A stretch of 64,000 nucleotides of DNA from Saccostrea echinata (taxonomy: Eukaryota). Both the position numbers and the translations under genes were made by a program. How positions within the stretch are numbered: position 1 is the stretch's first letter; every line of letters begins with the position of its first letter. The notes under the pieces were generated by a model. It saw only the letters and a list, made by a program, of their open reading frames with translations, had not been told where the DNA came from and did not search any database. The DNA lies in the NCBI RefSeq assembly GCF_033153115.1, contig NW_026889760.1, forward strand, positions 3,410,001 through 3,474,000, read 5' to 3'. This document shows positions 1 to 14,302 of the stretch, in pieces.

Positions 1-987
1 CAGATACCATTCGACGTGATGCGATGTCACAGTCTAATGTCTCGTGTTGTTTGATTTGAAGACGTATCCAGTAACGCACTTCTACTCTCGCCTAACGGTC
101 TGGCTTCTAAGGTATCATCCAAAAGGTCGTACGAAGATTATCCCAAACTTCCGTAGACAAGCATTGGTTTGGAGGAACCCGATGTCTTAAATCAATGAAA
201 CTTTGTATATAGATTAAACTAACAATAACTACCGGTAATTAATTTATGGACTGAACAACTGTAACAGAGATTGACCCTATTCAAATAAGATTCATTGTCA
301 AATGTATGATGGCGGCACAGTACCCAAAAATTGCAATTAAAAATCGATACATATTATTTAAAATCCAAGTAAAAAGCATTTACTTCTTAAAATGTCGAGA
401 ACAGAAATAAAAATTCTTAATTATACATTGTTAACGATCTTTCCTAAAATTTTGGTGTATATACTTTAATTAATATGCATTTTATAACGTTTAATATCCA
501 CCGGTTTGAAACCTGACGTGTTGAAAAATGGATGCTGCTTTGACACAGGCTGCGCACTCAACTGTGATAAAATGTTCTAATCTTGATTTCGCATCTACAG
601 AAACGCACTCATAAATGTTTGGTACGCATGGAGATATTTTCTGGTCATTTGAATATGAAAATGACTGAAACAGTTTTTCTATGTGTGTGAAGAAGGGAAC
701 CTAAAAAAAGAGACTGGTCGAGGATCCGGAATCAGGCATGCGTGACATTGTGCAACATCATTAGAGAAGACAGACGTTAAAAAAAACGTAGAAACAAAGA
801 GATTTCTAAATATTATTTTTGATACATGTTCATCTACATGTTTTGTTTATATCTTTTTATATTAAATCATGCCATAATGATTCAGATATTCCACATTTAT
901 GTCTATAATCTTAATGATGAATTCAAGAATTTAATTTTGGAAATAAGGACACTTCTCTCTGAAAATCTGAAATGTGACGTTTATTTT

Positions 988-1018
<31 letters not shown>

Positions 1019-1155
1019 GACGTTGGAGATTGCTCCGGGTGTTAGGAAACGATGAGTTTTACTACTCGAATTGTTTTTACGTAATCATGTTAAACTTCGT
1101 AATTTATCAGCCAACAACACACTCTATCCACCAAGAAAATTTTATAAAGAAATAT

Positions 1156-1560
1156 CCCAGCAGGCAGGCAACGTTGTTTCAACGTTGAAAGTAGGTGGAA
1201 TTTAAGTCGCAACGTTGAGCAACTATAGTTCAACGAACGAACATATTTTCAACGTTGAATTCTTAACCTTTTTACAACGTTGAAACAACGTTGAAAATGC
1301 AACATATTTCAACGTTGACTGTTCGTTGATATTTCAACGTTGAAACAACGTTGAAGATTCAACATATTTTCAAAGTTAAATATTTGCTGTTATTTAAAGG
1401 TTGAAGCAATGTTAAGAATGCAGCATATTTTGAACTTGAATGTTCGTTGATATTTCAACGTTGAAACAATGTTGAGGATGCAACATATTTTCAACGTTGA
1501 AAAAGGGAGGAAAATTTAATGTTGAAACAACGGGTAATGAGCACTTTATTTTTCAAAGTC
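1156..1560. mobile_element. One end of a CCCAG-terminal non-autonomous DNA transposon with AACGTT-palindrome subterminal repeats
   Basis: Begins CCCAGCAGG; repeated TTTCAACGTTGAAACAACGTTG units with ~61-bp period. Same design as 45067-47007. No convincing second end. Confidence 0.55.
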
Positions 1561-4500
1561 AAAATAGTAATGGTTAAATTATTGAACGCTAAATCAATGT
1601 AATTTTTTGCTATACCGGTATATATGCATTGTTAGAAAATATTATGATTATTCACAAAAAATGAAATGCATTATGAATTAATTTATATTAATTTCAGAAT
1701 TGTGCGAACAGTACTGTAATAAAATGTTTAATATGAGTTGATATGAAGTATGACATCTACATTCAACTCGTCACTGTAATTACATTGTTTCGAAAAAGTT
1801 AATTTGTAAATTAATTGTGAATGCAGTGTTTTTGCATAAATGAAATAAATTAAGAAACTTTTTTATGCTCAATATTAGCTTTTTATAAATAATCATTATT
1901 ATAATGACATCTTCATCTAATACTTCATTGTAATTCCACGTTACTATAGATTTAATAAAAATAATAATTTATTCCAAATTAATGTAATCTAATTAAAATT
2001 AGACTTTTTAGATCCGCACCGTATACTCTGTGCAGAATGTATACGGAGCGGATATAAGAAGTCTGATTTTAATTAAATTGTGCTTTTGTTGCATTTATGA
2101 AAGACAAAAACGTAAACTGTATTAGATATTTACTATAATCTTTCTTATCACAAAATTAAAAACATTAAAATTAACATAAAATTAACACGTTACAAAAGGG
2201 TTTAACAATTTACACACTAACAATTAACGTGTACCCCGGTCAGTTTACATTACTTAAGATCCACCCCCCAAATTTATCTTCTAAGCATCAGATAAGGAGT
2301 GGTTCTGGCTTAGCTGGTCAGTTTCAGTGTCATGATAACCTTGTTATGCAATTTTCCTGCCGGGCAGCGATACAGAGTAGTTGTTTGCAGCTTATCTAGG
2401 TCAAAATTTGAATTCAACTGATGGACAAGAAGTGCGCGTCTTCTTGCTGTTCATACATAATGTATTTTACGAGCAATGCACAAGGATTAAGGCCGGATAA
2501 TCAACTTCTGCTCAGTAAGTATAATGTCCTTTTCATGGATTTAGAAGAAAAGTTAGATTTTCTAGTACCCCATACATCATTTTATTCTTGTTTTGTAAGC
2601 ATATTTGTAATCTGCGTGTAAAACTTTCATACTTCGCAATTACCAATGCCTTTATCATTACAATTTATTTTAAATGGAGACAATAACCTTACTTACAATC
2701 AAAATATTGCAGTATTCAAATTTGTTAATGAATTTATTACATCTACAAGAGATTTGCATGATAATGTTCAAACACAACACAGTATCGGTGAACAGAAATC
2801 ACTGCTGTTTACTTCCATGGAGAAAATACAAGTAAATAACATGTTGAATTAATTTATCTTGGTCTTTTAAAATGATAAGAATACTTGAATTGATTACAAA
2901 TTGTGTAATATACTGCAAATTTCTATTTATTGGAATTTAGATCCAAGGCCAGATCACTCTAACTGCAGAAAAATACCATAGAATCAGAACTCTTTAGTGT
3001 GCAGTGTAGAGAGGGTTCTTAAATAGTCAAACCACAGAACCAACATCTATTTATGTGTTCTTATTAACTTTCACATTTATACCTGTATTATTTTGATTGT
3101 CATATATGTTAAACTGCAAACATATATTGTATTATCAGCTCACTTATAATTAATTTTCTATTTATTATGTCTTATTTTTATAATTTCTTTTGAATATACA
3201 CATGTATATATACTTTTTTTTCAATGATATGTAACTAATATTTACTTGTACATGTACGACTTTGACCTTGTATTATGGAGAGGACTTATATAGGCAGTGC
3301 CTGCTGTCCAATCCTATTATGATTATACATAATAAAATATTGTTTAAATTAATCTGTGTGAAATACACATCCTTAGTTCGTGTATTTATGTGTTTTGTTG
3401 TTATTATGAAATTAAAATATAATATACAATTTAATTGCAGTTGGCCGTAAGGTTTCATCAACCACTGAATTTTGAGACGTAATTGATGCCATGATTGTAT
3501 CAGATCCTTCGCCCGTGAAAATTACAAAGAAATGCTGCATTTTGTATGTACACCTCCATGTTTTATACATAATTATTTATAGTCATACAGTTATGAATTT
3601 TAACTCGAGGACAAATATAATTCTTTTCATTAATTCCTAGTACAAGAACATATACTTTTGTATGTTTTTTTTTTTTTTAAATTATTCATGTATATTTTTA
3701 TCATTTGAAATAAGTTATCAAATAAGTGACTTTCAAATCATTATATCTTTTTTGTTAATAGACTTTGCATTAGAGGGTGGAGCTTCATGTTCATTTCTTT
3801 CCGACCGACGAGTCATTTTGTGGGACTTTCATGTAACTATGCTTGTGATTTAAAAAAAATCAATGGATCCGCCACTTTGTGGAACTTAGTTTTAGACAGA
3901 TGCGTGATATGATGAACCTGGATATGATTACAGTAACTGTTATCTCCTTTTCACTAGGGGCCTGTTGGGTATTAATTTCTGTAAAAGATATGAGCTCAGT
4001 CTACAGAATTTTGGACAACCGTCGTATTATTTTTTCCATATAGAATTTTCAATCTATACCAGTAACATAAGGTCAGACGACACGTTCCTCAAAAATATAT
4101 AATTTTTTCCAAGAATTTGTCATTGAAGCATTCATTTGTTACTTTTACAAGTTTCCTCACAAAAAATTAAGGTACCTTACCAGGCATTTATGGAAGATAA
4201 CAAGAGGATGCTATTTACTATATAATCCTATTGGAAATCACAACCATTGCAAATATCACAAGTTTCTGGTGCCTTTTATCTACTTAGATATTTTGAAAAC
4301 AGTTTAAAAATCACAAAACAATGATAATTGTAATTAATTTGTCGTGTATTATGAAGATATACAAAACAGATATTCCAGCAACGTGTCGTTAGACCTTAAA
4401 ATTCTCATGTGTGCAGACAGACAGCTCCAGAGAGTTTACCATCTCAAAAAACTGCGTAGAACGGGCTAGGGTAAAGTGTGTTACTCTAGTCAAAGATGGC

Positions 4501-5548
4501 GATTGGCTGGAAGACTTCAAATTTTCATGTACAAATATTGGTGAATTCTACCGTATAGTTTTACTTTATTTTTCACCAATTGTTAGGCAGCATCTTGTTT
4601 ACTTGGAGATTGAATTTATCTTTCGTGTAACAAGAAAATGCATCTAAATAATTTGTTTCAGATTGCTCCAGATTAGGGTTAAGTTTATGAACTTTTTTTT
4701 TTAATACGTTTATTCCAGATTATAGTAAATTTATTTATTTTTCAGCTCGATTGTGCATTGCTTTGATTTTTGAACTGCTTTACACAATCTAAAAGGTGAA
4801 GATAACGAACGGTTGTAATTATTTTTAATAACAACAGTTTGCATGCAAATTTTTACTCTAAGTTTGGAAATTATCTTTCTTTTTTGTTTTATACAAAATA
4901 TGTATTTAATTTCATTATCAAATAAGTAAATAAATTGAAGTCCATATATTATTTGTTTATTTTTTAAACTTTAGATATTATTTCCTATATAAATCTTTAT
5001 CTATTTTTCATCCCAAAATCTCTTTTGGAGAGAAGCACCCAAACGATACGAATTGTGGACAGAGTGAAGACAGACCTCTCATAACATCAGAGGTGGGTTC
5101 AGTTGTCACTGGGGAGAGGGCATCCAGTTTTAACAGGTTCCAACTTTTTTCACAAACAAATTTTATCACTTCATAACCAATCATTACCGCATTACCATTG
5201 TTTGACTAAACTGCAATAAAAAGTGGAGAGGGGCACCAGCTTTTTAATGAACATTTGCAACAATGAAAGGTTATATTTGGAAGTTTTGGGGTCATACCCC
5301 CCTCCCCTACCCGATACAACTTTCCCGTAATCATGTTCGAACTTTCAACCTGCAATTTAGCTTTAATCAGTGCAGATCATGCAAATTAGTTACGTTCTTC
5401 CAATTCCCTAATATTAACCTTGTAATGCGAAAGTAAGTTCAAAATAATGGAAGTTTATTTGCCTGTCGCCATCTTGGACGACGGTAACGCTCTTTACACT
5501 AGTCTGTTTCTACAGAAACAGAATTTTCTATAGACGTTAATTCTCTTA

Positions 5549-5739
5549 CGAAAGCCTATTAGGATCCATCTATGGATAAAAGAAATATTAAAAGGCGTTA
5601 TTACGTCTTTCCAAAAGGCGTTATTACGCCTTTTGAAGAGCCATTATTATGCCTTTGAACGGCCCGTGCTCTTGAAGGCGGGGGGGGGGGGCAGTCTCCA
5701 AAAAATTGACAAAACACACACACACACACACAGCCACAC

Positions 5740-5776
<37 letters not shown>

Positions 5777-6665
5777 CACACACACATACACACACACACC
5801 GAAAAAATAATAAACTGCCTGATCTCGAGGGGGTCATTTTCTAACTTTTCGGCAACCTTTTTCTTAAATGCAATAATTTGCCAGAGTTTAACCATAGTGC
5901 AACACAGGGATCAAGCAGCCAATAAATGATTTTTTTATATTTAAACTGTAGCAAGACTTTTCTCCAAAAAGATGGGTTGGGGAGCCCCCCCCCCCCCCTT
6001 GCACTCGTATTACCAGCCTGTTTTAAAAGGCGTTATATCCAAAATTGGAAAGGTGTTATTTATATTAATAAATATATGAAAGATTGAATTAGACATATAG
6101 GATATAGGCAGATGCAGCTTGGGGCTTTTGCTGGTCATGTATTAAAGATTCATGTCGAATTTGAAAATATTTTACTCTTGTCTTGGAAAGATATCAGGCA
6201 AACTATTTGCATGGGTATAATGAAAAAAATCGCCATCAACCAAATTTGTGAAATCCATGACCTTGGTGAGGATATCTGGATTTAGAGAAGGACTAAGTTG
6301 GTTTAACATTAAAATAAAATACACATTTAAACATCTTTTTTCCTGACAATCTATCTACAATACATTTAAATCATATTTTGAGAAATTAGCCCTATATTTA
6401 ATTGTGAAATTCATGTCCCGAGGGTAAGATTCCAGCCCCCGGGCTGGGATATGTTAGTCACAAATTTAAAAAAAAAAAGCCTATTAACTCATTTTGGTAA
6501 GGTATAGTAGCGACTTTTGGAAAGGCCTAATAACGCCTTTTGAAAAAGCGTAATAATGCTTTTTTTCACGTTATTACGCCTTTTTGCGTTATTACGCCTT
6601 TTTGAAAAACATTGTGACGCCTTTAATTTTTTTTTTCTCCATAGATTGATCTTAATAGGCTTTGG
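5549..6665. mobile_element. TA-flanked MITE (Tc1/mariner-type) containing a (CA)n tract and a probable nested poly-G/poly-C MITE
   Basis: ~50-bp imperfect TIR CGAAAGCCTATTAGGATCCATCTATGGA / TCCATAGATTGATCTTAATAGGCTTTGG; TA on both sides; AAAAGGCGTTATTACG subterminal repeats. Confidence 0.75.
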
Positions 6666-6704
6666 TAATCCCTACAATCAATCTTAAAAAAAAAATAAAC
6701 TTAC

Positions 6705-7626
6705 GTTTTCTCTATATTCAAGCGACAGCCATTATCTACAAGAAAAAATAACATGCAGTTTCATTTTTCCAAATTCAGAGCCCTTGTGAAATCAAATTGC
6801 AAAAAAAAAGTTATCGCAGGAAAAGTGTGAATTGTATCTTTTACTCCAGATCAATTTGCCTTTTATAATTTAAAGCTAGTTTCGTTGCAGATTCGTCAGA
6901 TTTTTTGTACATGCAGTTAAAAAAATAGAAATGTTTTATGTTACACGAATTGTTAGTGCAGAATTTCACACACACATACACAAAACGTTTAAATACCATC
7001 GAACGGTTGATTGATTATTCATCGATCTAAGCTATCATGAGGAACTTGGTTCTCCCCCAGACAATAAATATTTCGTAAAGCTTTTTATTGACTTAATATA
7101 CTTTGATTGCCTGAATGTTTTAACATTTTCTTACAGAAGAAATAAAAGTATTAAAACTATACTGACGACCATGTTTGCAAACACTGCATACTTACTTATA
7201 TAAGCATAATTCGATTTGTAACTCTGTGGTGGGCAGTAAAACGTATTGCAGGAAATAGAATCCAGCTTTTTGGCCCCAGAATTGTAAACAGGGCATCTAC
7301 CTATTATCATGAAAAAAAACGTGTATGACAAATATTTATCATTTGAAAGGTAATTTCCAACAAATAACATTAACTTAACAAATATACAACAATCGTTATA
7401 ATAGTAAATATTCTTTTTTTTTTCTTTTCGTCGTTATTAACCAACAAATGATACATAAATAATTGTAAAACAAACCTTTTTCAATCCATATTGGTTCAGT
7501 GCACAGCCACCCAATCCGGTCGTATTCGTCTTGTAAACAATGGAAGTTCTCCGAAGGATTACAAGACGACATTGCTGCTTTCTCCCAATGTTCATATGGA
7601 CACAGTTTTAAACTTGTGTTAAACAT
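6705..7626 (-). CDS. Gene C: ectodomain exons 7626-7476, 7300-7196, 6735-6705 of a further paralog
   Basis: Same exon sizes (151, 105, 31), splice sites and reading frame as gene B; introns are alignable. No TM or NTPase exon found in 1-6700, so the gene presumably continues left of the window. Confidence 0.8.
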
Positions 7627-10600
7627 CTTATTTTACTTGTGAATTGCAAACGTTAATTTTTGATTCGGCTAGTATAAAGCTTAGTGCACCTCAATTACCT
7701 AATAACATTCAGTCTGCTAAAGATCAATGACTGAATTTCATACACATTTAAATCCACCGATTTTATCGCTTAATATCATCTATTATAAAATAAACATTTT
7801 TTTGGCATGGGTTATGCTTCTTCAACGATTTACGGTGTAACAACCATTGACCTAGATTTTGCTTAGTATTCATGTTACTTGTTAGGTAATTTTCTAGATT
7901 TTGTCTGTATATATATGTTTGAGCCTCATTATTTCTTAAATAAAGCAGAAGCCTGTATATGTAGTTTAAGAATACTACTGAAATACAGTATCTAACAAAA
8001 TGTCGAATTCATCAAAATACAATTCTACAATATACGGCAAACTTGCAAGGGTCTGTTCAATATTTGTTTACCAGAAAAAAACGAGCAACATTTAAAAAAA
8101 ATGTCATAAATTAATTATGAAAATGTTTGTATAATATTACCAAACTCCAAAAAGCCTGTATAAATAAAGTAATATAAGTTTCAGAAATATGTGATTTTTT
8201 TAAATGTGGTATATTGATGTATCGGTAGTTGGGGTATACGAAATAGGCACGAAATTCGAATATCTGTGACTATGTACTAAGACCTGATGGACACAGAGTA
8301 AGTAGGAATATTAATTAAATCATATACTTTTTTTTCAATTTAATTGTGACACAGTTTTGTGCTAGTTTCAAGTATAAAAGGTTTTAATTTGAGAGATCAT
8401 AAAAAAAATCATCGAGCTTTAGAAATCTGCATGCTAAAGTTGAATTCTATCATTAAGATGGAAGAGCGGATATGAAAAAAAAAATTTTGCTGAGAAAATA
8501 CTTTTTACAGATCAAGTATCTACTAAAAAAAAATACAGAGCGGAGGAAATATGTGAAGGGTTTTAGTAAATTCTTGCTATGAACGGGGTTTTTTTCTGAA
8601 AAATTGTCCAACTGAAGAAGTGTAAAACTGTGAAATCTGGCCCATACACTTTACTTTGGAGCACTGCAGTTGCACTGTGGAGCCAATGACATCATCCATA
8701 ACCTTGGAAGTCCCCTGACGTCAGTAGGTATAGCATCTTTTACCAATAGGGCATAGAAATGTATATAATAAAATATCATGTAGAGAAAAAAGAGTTTATT
8801 ACTTAGGAGAATTTCCTGACGATAGGAAGTATAGAAATTTCTTTTTCTCAGTAGCCACAGAAAAAAAAGCAAAGTTTTCACTTCATTGCACTACTGGCTT
8901 TCAATAAATATCTTCTGTTTTTCTCCGTAAGCTATACAGCATTTCCAGAACCACCTTCAGCATATCCATAGCATGCCACGGTATGTCTCCTCTAAGTATA
9001 CCAGTAATTCTCAGTAGGACACTGTATCCCCAGCATGGTACAGATATCTAGAGATATCTACAATATGCCTACAATTATCTAAAGTAATATACGGTATGCC
9101 ACAGTAATTACACCAGTATGCCCCTGTATAATTTTTCGAAGCGAAGCAGGGAAATACACAAAATATCAGGCAACAAAGTTTTTACAGTTGATGTTACCTA
9201 TCGTTAAAAATTAATTGTGAGAATAATACATGTACATGTAGTTTGTTTCATAATCCTTGATTTAAAACAATGGATGCTTTCATCTATTACTTGGTGAAAT
9301 GTTTACCGTGTATGTGTAATATTAATGTTCATTGGATAAATAGAAACATTAAGCATTTCAATTTTTTTTATGTAATAAATGATTAAGTATGTGAGGGATG
9401 TAAAAAATAATTAATCAAATGACTAAATAAAGAAAATCTAACAAGTTCCAGTCAAAAGAGAATGGACCGGTTGTTTATCAGACTGCGAGTCTACGATGTA
9501 TACTGGACATAGTCAGGGGCGTTTAGAAGGTAGCATTTTACTTCTGGAGTATTTGTAAAACTCTGCGTATCAGATATCAGATAATTTAAATTCTTTTATT
9601 TGCAGCAAAAATAGAGTAGTACTTTATTACATTTGAAACTTTCTGTATTAGGATCCTAAAAAAGAAATAAATCATTGATAAATGTGCATCTAAATGATAA
9701 GTTTTGTACAGACATATAATTAAGTGTAAAAAGTAATACGCTTTTCAACGAGAAACATAGATTAACTCGACTATATTATATCTAGTTTCTTGTACATAAC
9801 TAACAAATAATGCAAAATGTTGTTTCAAATTTGCCATGACCTTACGTCTATGCTGTTTTAATATGGATGATGTTCTGAATAATTTAACTATTGTAAATGT
9901 ATCGCTGGTTCTGAAAATCGTCGCAATGTTTTAAATCATGTACAATGCTTTATAATATAACCTATCAACGAATTGTCATTTTCTACCACATAAAAAGTAA
10001 GACATTTTTAAGCAGAAATCGATATTTACTTTTCTGTGGCCGATCGTTGTGTAATTTTTTTTCAAATTGGCAGGCTTGAAACATTACAGATCTATTTCTC
10101 AGTTACAATGTCCCCCATTTGAGCTATGTTAAACTTATATGACATCCTTTACACATATGCATAACACAATTGTTTGATTTTTTTTTAATAGAATTATCGA
10201 ATTTTGATGTCGCCGTAAAACAAATACTTTCCCATCTGGATACTGAAAAGAACTTGAAGCTTTGTTGAAATGACGCAATATGGTAAAGAGCTTTAACTTT
10301 TTAACATCAAGAACAAGGACGCTATTATATGAAAATGTACATAAGACACTGTTTATCTGTTTTTGTCATATATTGCTCCCCTTGTATTATAAATATATAT
10401 GTTGTAGTTGAAACAAAACAAAAACAAAGAATATTGAGTGAGAATTGTCATTTATTTAGTCACAATACCTATATTACACAATTTATGTTAAGGGGAGATA
10501 CCGGGATAATAACAGCAAAAAGGTTACTTAGTACAAAGAACGATAAAATTGGCAATGGAATCTCCCCTGTTGCAATCAATCAAATTTTGACAGAAATAAT

Positions 10601-11339
10601 TTGACAAATTAGGCCTTAATCAAAAGTACACAAAACACAAAGTTGCCAAAACAAGAAGCTGCCAAATGGCAAATAAGATGTTACAAGCATAAATAACATC
10701 AAGACATAAAATTACAAATACAAACAGTCTAGAATAATATTAGATCATGGAGAATGACGGGGGATGGAGGGTGGGTAATTTTTTCAGACCAATTCTGGTT
10801 CTTATTCATACTTCTAATTTAGTGAAGTAACATTATCTTATGTTACGTGAATAGATAATTAAAACTTTCTCCCAAGGAGAATGATATTAACACAATAAGA
10901 CTCATATAATCATTAAAACACAGGTCACATATTACATAATAGAATTTGCAACATTGCTATGATCTGTGATCTGGCTAGTCTACTGCATAAGTTGTAGTTG
11001 AAACTTGAAACAATGATAAGGAATTTTAAGCGAGGATTGTCATTTATTAAATCACAATAACTACATGTATATAACACAATTATAGTTAAGGGGAGATCAC
11101 CGGGATAAGAACAGGAAAATATTTAATTAGAACAAAGAACGATAAAATTGGTAATGGAATCTCCCCGGTCACAAGCATTCATCAGTTTGGCAAAATAGTT
11201 TGACAAATAAAAAGTACACATAACACAAAGATGTCAATACAAAAATCCGCCACTAACAGCAAAAAGCTATGAAAAGCTGTTTGCAAGAACACAACAAATA
11301 TATATGAATACATTGACCTAAGAACTGATATGAAACATG

Positions 11340-11740
11340 TCAGACAAAGTACGATTTTTCAAAAGATTATAATCGCAAAAGAAGATCATTATATCGGCCG
11401 TAAAATTCGCGAAAATCAGACTTAAAAAGAGCTTGTTAAAATGCTTGTAACAGCTACTTATTTGTCAATAGCTTGTCTACGCTTAAAAATTGATCGTAAT
11501 CAGAGCATGCTCTTGGGTATCGAATCAGTTGGTAGACATAAACACCATATGCATCTGATTTGGAATGTTACTGCAAAAATAAGGGACGTTGCGAATGGAA
11601 AAACTGAAGTCATCGCATTTGTCATACACTTTAGTTATTGGATGGCCATCATTGTCTCTAGTCAGAGAACAGCCAAATATGAAACAGATGTAGCAGACTC
11701 TTCGGTATCTTTTATTTCGAGAAAAAAGATATCATATTGA
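11340..11740 (-). mobile_element. Penelope-like retroelement RT C-terminal remnant
   Basis: Broken reading [16 protein letters not shown]...TKVYDKCDDFSFSI.NVPYFCSNIP..AYGVYVYQLIRYPRAC. Confidence 0.75.
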
Positions 11741-12726
11741 AGAAAGTCATTTTGTCTTCTGCAGCGTTTCTAGATGTCCCACTGCTCTAAAGTTTAATAT
11801 TTCATTTACATAAATGGGCATGTACACACTTGCATTGGTGTCTACTTTATAATCTTGAATTTCTATTTTGATTTGAAACATAATTTTAGTTAAATGACAT
11901 TAACTTACATGAAATTTTTATGACTAAATGACATCAGAATTTCTCATAACTTTACTCCAAACGCCTCTGTTTGTAAACATAGGCACGAGCTCTGTTATTG
12001 TTAGTCTTTATGGGTTTCTTTGACTTGCTGAAATTGCTATCATCACTGACCACAAATTGATAATACTGGTGTGACGGTTTTCCTTTCCTACAATTCTGTT
12101 TTTGACCTTCTCATGATGATAAGTTTATTATTTATTTTATTATTTAATACGCCTTAGATTCTCCCCTTTCATTGAATCCAAAGGATAAAGTTTGATTTAT
12201 GAAAGTGCAAGAACGTGTGAAAATCAAATACGCCCGAGATTTTTGTTTTACAGTTTTTCCAGATTGATGAATTTTTTAAAACAAGTTTTTATAACACATG
12301 TATATCTTTTATGAAATGCTCTTGCAATATCTAAGTCATGAAATTCAACAGAGAATTTTGAAGATTATGAACTGCAAACATTTTCATTTAAAATAAAAAC
12401 AGGAAAAATTCTAATGAAAATCAAACATGATTACAATTAATTTACAATACTGATACATTCAACACCAGTTTTTATCTTTCAATACTTATAGCCTACCAGA
12501 TATGCAGAAAATTAAATGAAATTTCAAATATATAAACAAGTACGTTTTTACATCTGATTTACATTAAACGAAATTTGTTACTCCAATTATTACTATTTCA
12601 ACTCATATCCATTATAGTTTAAAGCATTCTCATCCATTGTCAAGTTACGTAAGTTTTAAATAAATGATGAAGACAAAAACTGTGATAGGAGTGCTTCTGA
12701 ATCTTTTCTACGCATATTCAAGAACT

Positions 12727-13160
12727 CTGTTCCAATTTAATAAACATATGTGAAAGTTCACCAACCACCAAGTCAGACGGCACTTTACCTCTCTGAACAG
12801 CGACTCGCTTCCACATATCTTGGCTCACATTCTCCTTTAAAGCTTCCACGTTTTTCTCCAAGGCTACTACAAACACTACAGTGTATTTTTCTCACAACAC
12901 CCAAACAAAATTCATAGAATCCAACAGATACCTGTCTTATATATTTTTCCTTTAATAGAAAAATACTCTAATCGTTTTTCTTCAAAAGAAAACGTTTGCA
13001 ATCATCATTTGGGAAGACAATTCTGGCAATGCTCGTTAGGAGATCTTCGTTGGGGGTTTTTTCGTTTAATGCTCCACCACTAAAAGCCATAAAAGCTAAC
13101 ACTATAAACATTTTTCTTTCTTTGAAATTTTCAGAGTTACGTAAACGATATATCTCACTT

Positions 13161-13161
<1 letters not shown>
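12727..13161 (-). pseudogene. Truncated 3' remnant of the gene-B-type NTPase exon
   Basis: Aligns to 37126-37552 (roughly 85-90% by eye). Has a 7-bp frameshifting insertion at 12879-12885 and the stop TAG changed to CAG. Homology ends at a (TA)n(GA)n tract followed by a mariner element. Confidence 0.85.
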
Positions 13162-13204
<43 letters not shown>

Positions 13205-13208
13205 TATT

Positions 13209-14144
13209 CGAGAGGTGATCAAAAAGTTCGCGAACTAATTGAATTACTTCCTTAAAAGATATAATATGAAGTTTTAGTGCTCATTATTTTTTAAAGTAGT
13301 CCTCTCCAATTATAATGCAAATCTGCCATTGTTCTGCCCATGCGCGAATCACGTGATCCAGACCGTCACGTGACATGCTCCGTGGCGTTCTGTTCACAGA
13401 AGCTAATAGATTTTTTTCGAGTCTTATATTTCTTTACATGCAAGTTATTTTTTATCACAAGAACAGTACATCTGTCAGAAATGGTCAAATTTCGGCAATA
13501 GGGTGGGTGGAAAAGGACATCGCTTCCCAGAATTAGCATGATAATCATCAAAACCCGAGTCCTCTGTCTCGGAAGCGTCGTTCATCCAGTGTGGATAAAG
13601 TATATGGACGACCTCTTTTTATCATATTTCATATGTTTAAAGTCTAAAGTAAACGATATTTTAGGGTTTAATAATAATATTATTGTTAAGATATTCAACT
13701 ATTTTTCTAATTGTAACTTGGCGATTTTTCATAACAAATTGCTCAACTAAGGACACATCTTTTCTCACGACTTGCTTTCGCTGGGCAATAGAACAAATAT
13801 CATTTTTAACCATCTCCCTGCCTTCACTAAAACAATCAATCCAATAAATGATTGAATTTCTGGTAAGTTTTTTTTTCTTCATAAACCTTGTACAAATTAT
13901 CGTATTCTACTGCAAAGGAAACGTTAAACTTTACAGCCGTTCATTGCTCGAGTACGACTGAGTCAACCATTTTTTGTCACAAGTGACCTACTTATTGACG
14001 TCATTTTCACATTGTGACGTCACAAACACGGAGCAAAACATTATACAACACCTGCTATTTATAGAATATGTGTATGACTATTTGTGTGCCAAATTTCATT
14101 CTGATCTGAATTGTGGTTTTGTAGATAAAGAGATAGTTCGCGAA
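13209..14144 (-). mobile_element. Internally deleted mariner element, running into the assembly gap
   Basis: TIR CGAGAGGTGATCAAAAAGTTCGCGAACTA. Transposase remnants WIDCFSEGREMVKND...VEQFVMKNRQVTIRKIVEYLN and HPPYCRNLTISD (compare mariner HPPYSPDLAPSD). Inverted relative to the copy at 42688-44161. Confidence 0.8.
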
Positions 14145-14302
14145 NNNNNNNNNNNNNNNNNNNNNNNNNNNNNNNNNNNNNNNNNNNNNNNNNNNNNNNN
14201 NNNNNNNNNNNNNNNNNNNNNNNNNNNNNNNNNNNNNNNNNNNNNNNNNNNNNNNNNNNNNNNNNNNNNNNNNNNNNNNNNNNNNNNNNNNNNNNNNNNN
14301 NN
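14145..14302. other. Assembly gap (N run) between the two duplicated blocks
   Basis: Run of N. Confidence 1.

Larger units (their letters stand above)
8220..13161. repeat. Segmental duplication, compact copy (partner 14783-37552)
   Basis: Collinear matches: 8220-9600/14783-16185, 9600-9915/23375-23590, 9963-10790/24950-26100, 10790-12140/30270-31610, 12160-13161/36225-37552. Confidence 0.85.

Noticed and set aside
2356-2364. CCTGCCGGG as the right TIR of the element starting at 1156
   Set aside because: Short match with a mismatch, no TSD and no mirrored AACGTT repeats.
5633-5929. His/Thr-rich ORF (also IY-repeat ORFs at 44870-45261 and the poly-W ORF at 62758-63003)
   Set aside because: Microsatellite translations.
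1-6700. TM or NTPase exons of gene C
   Set aside because: No hydrophobic exon with phase 2-to-1 splice sites and no Walker motifs found; presumably outside the window.
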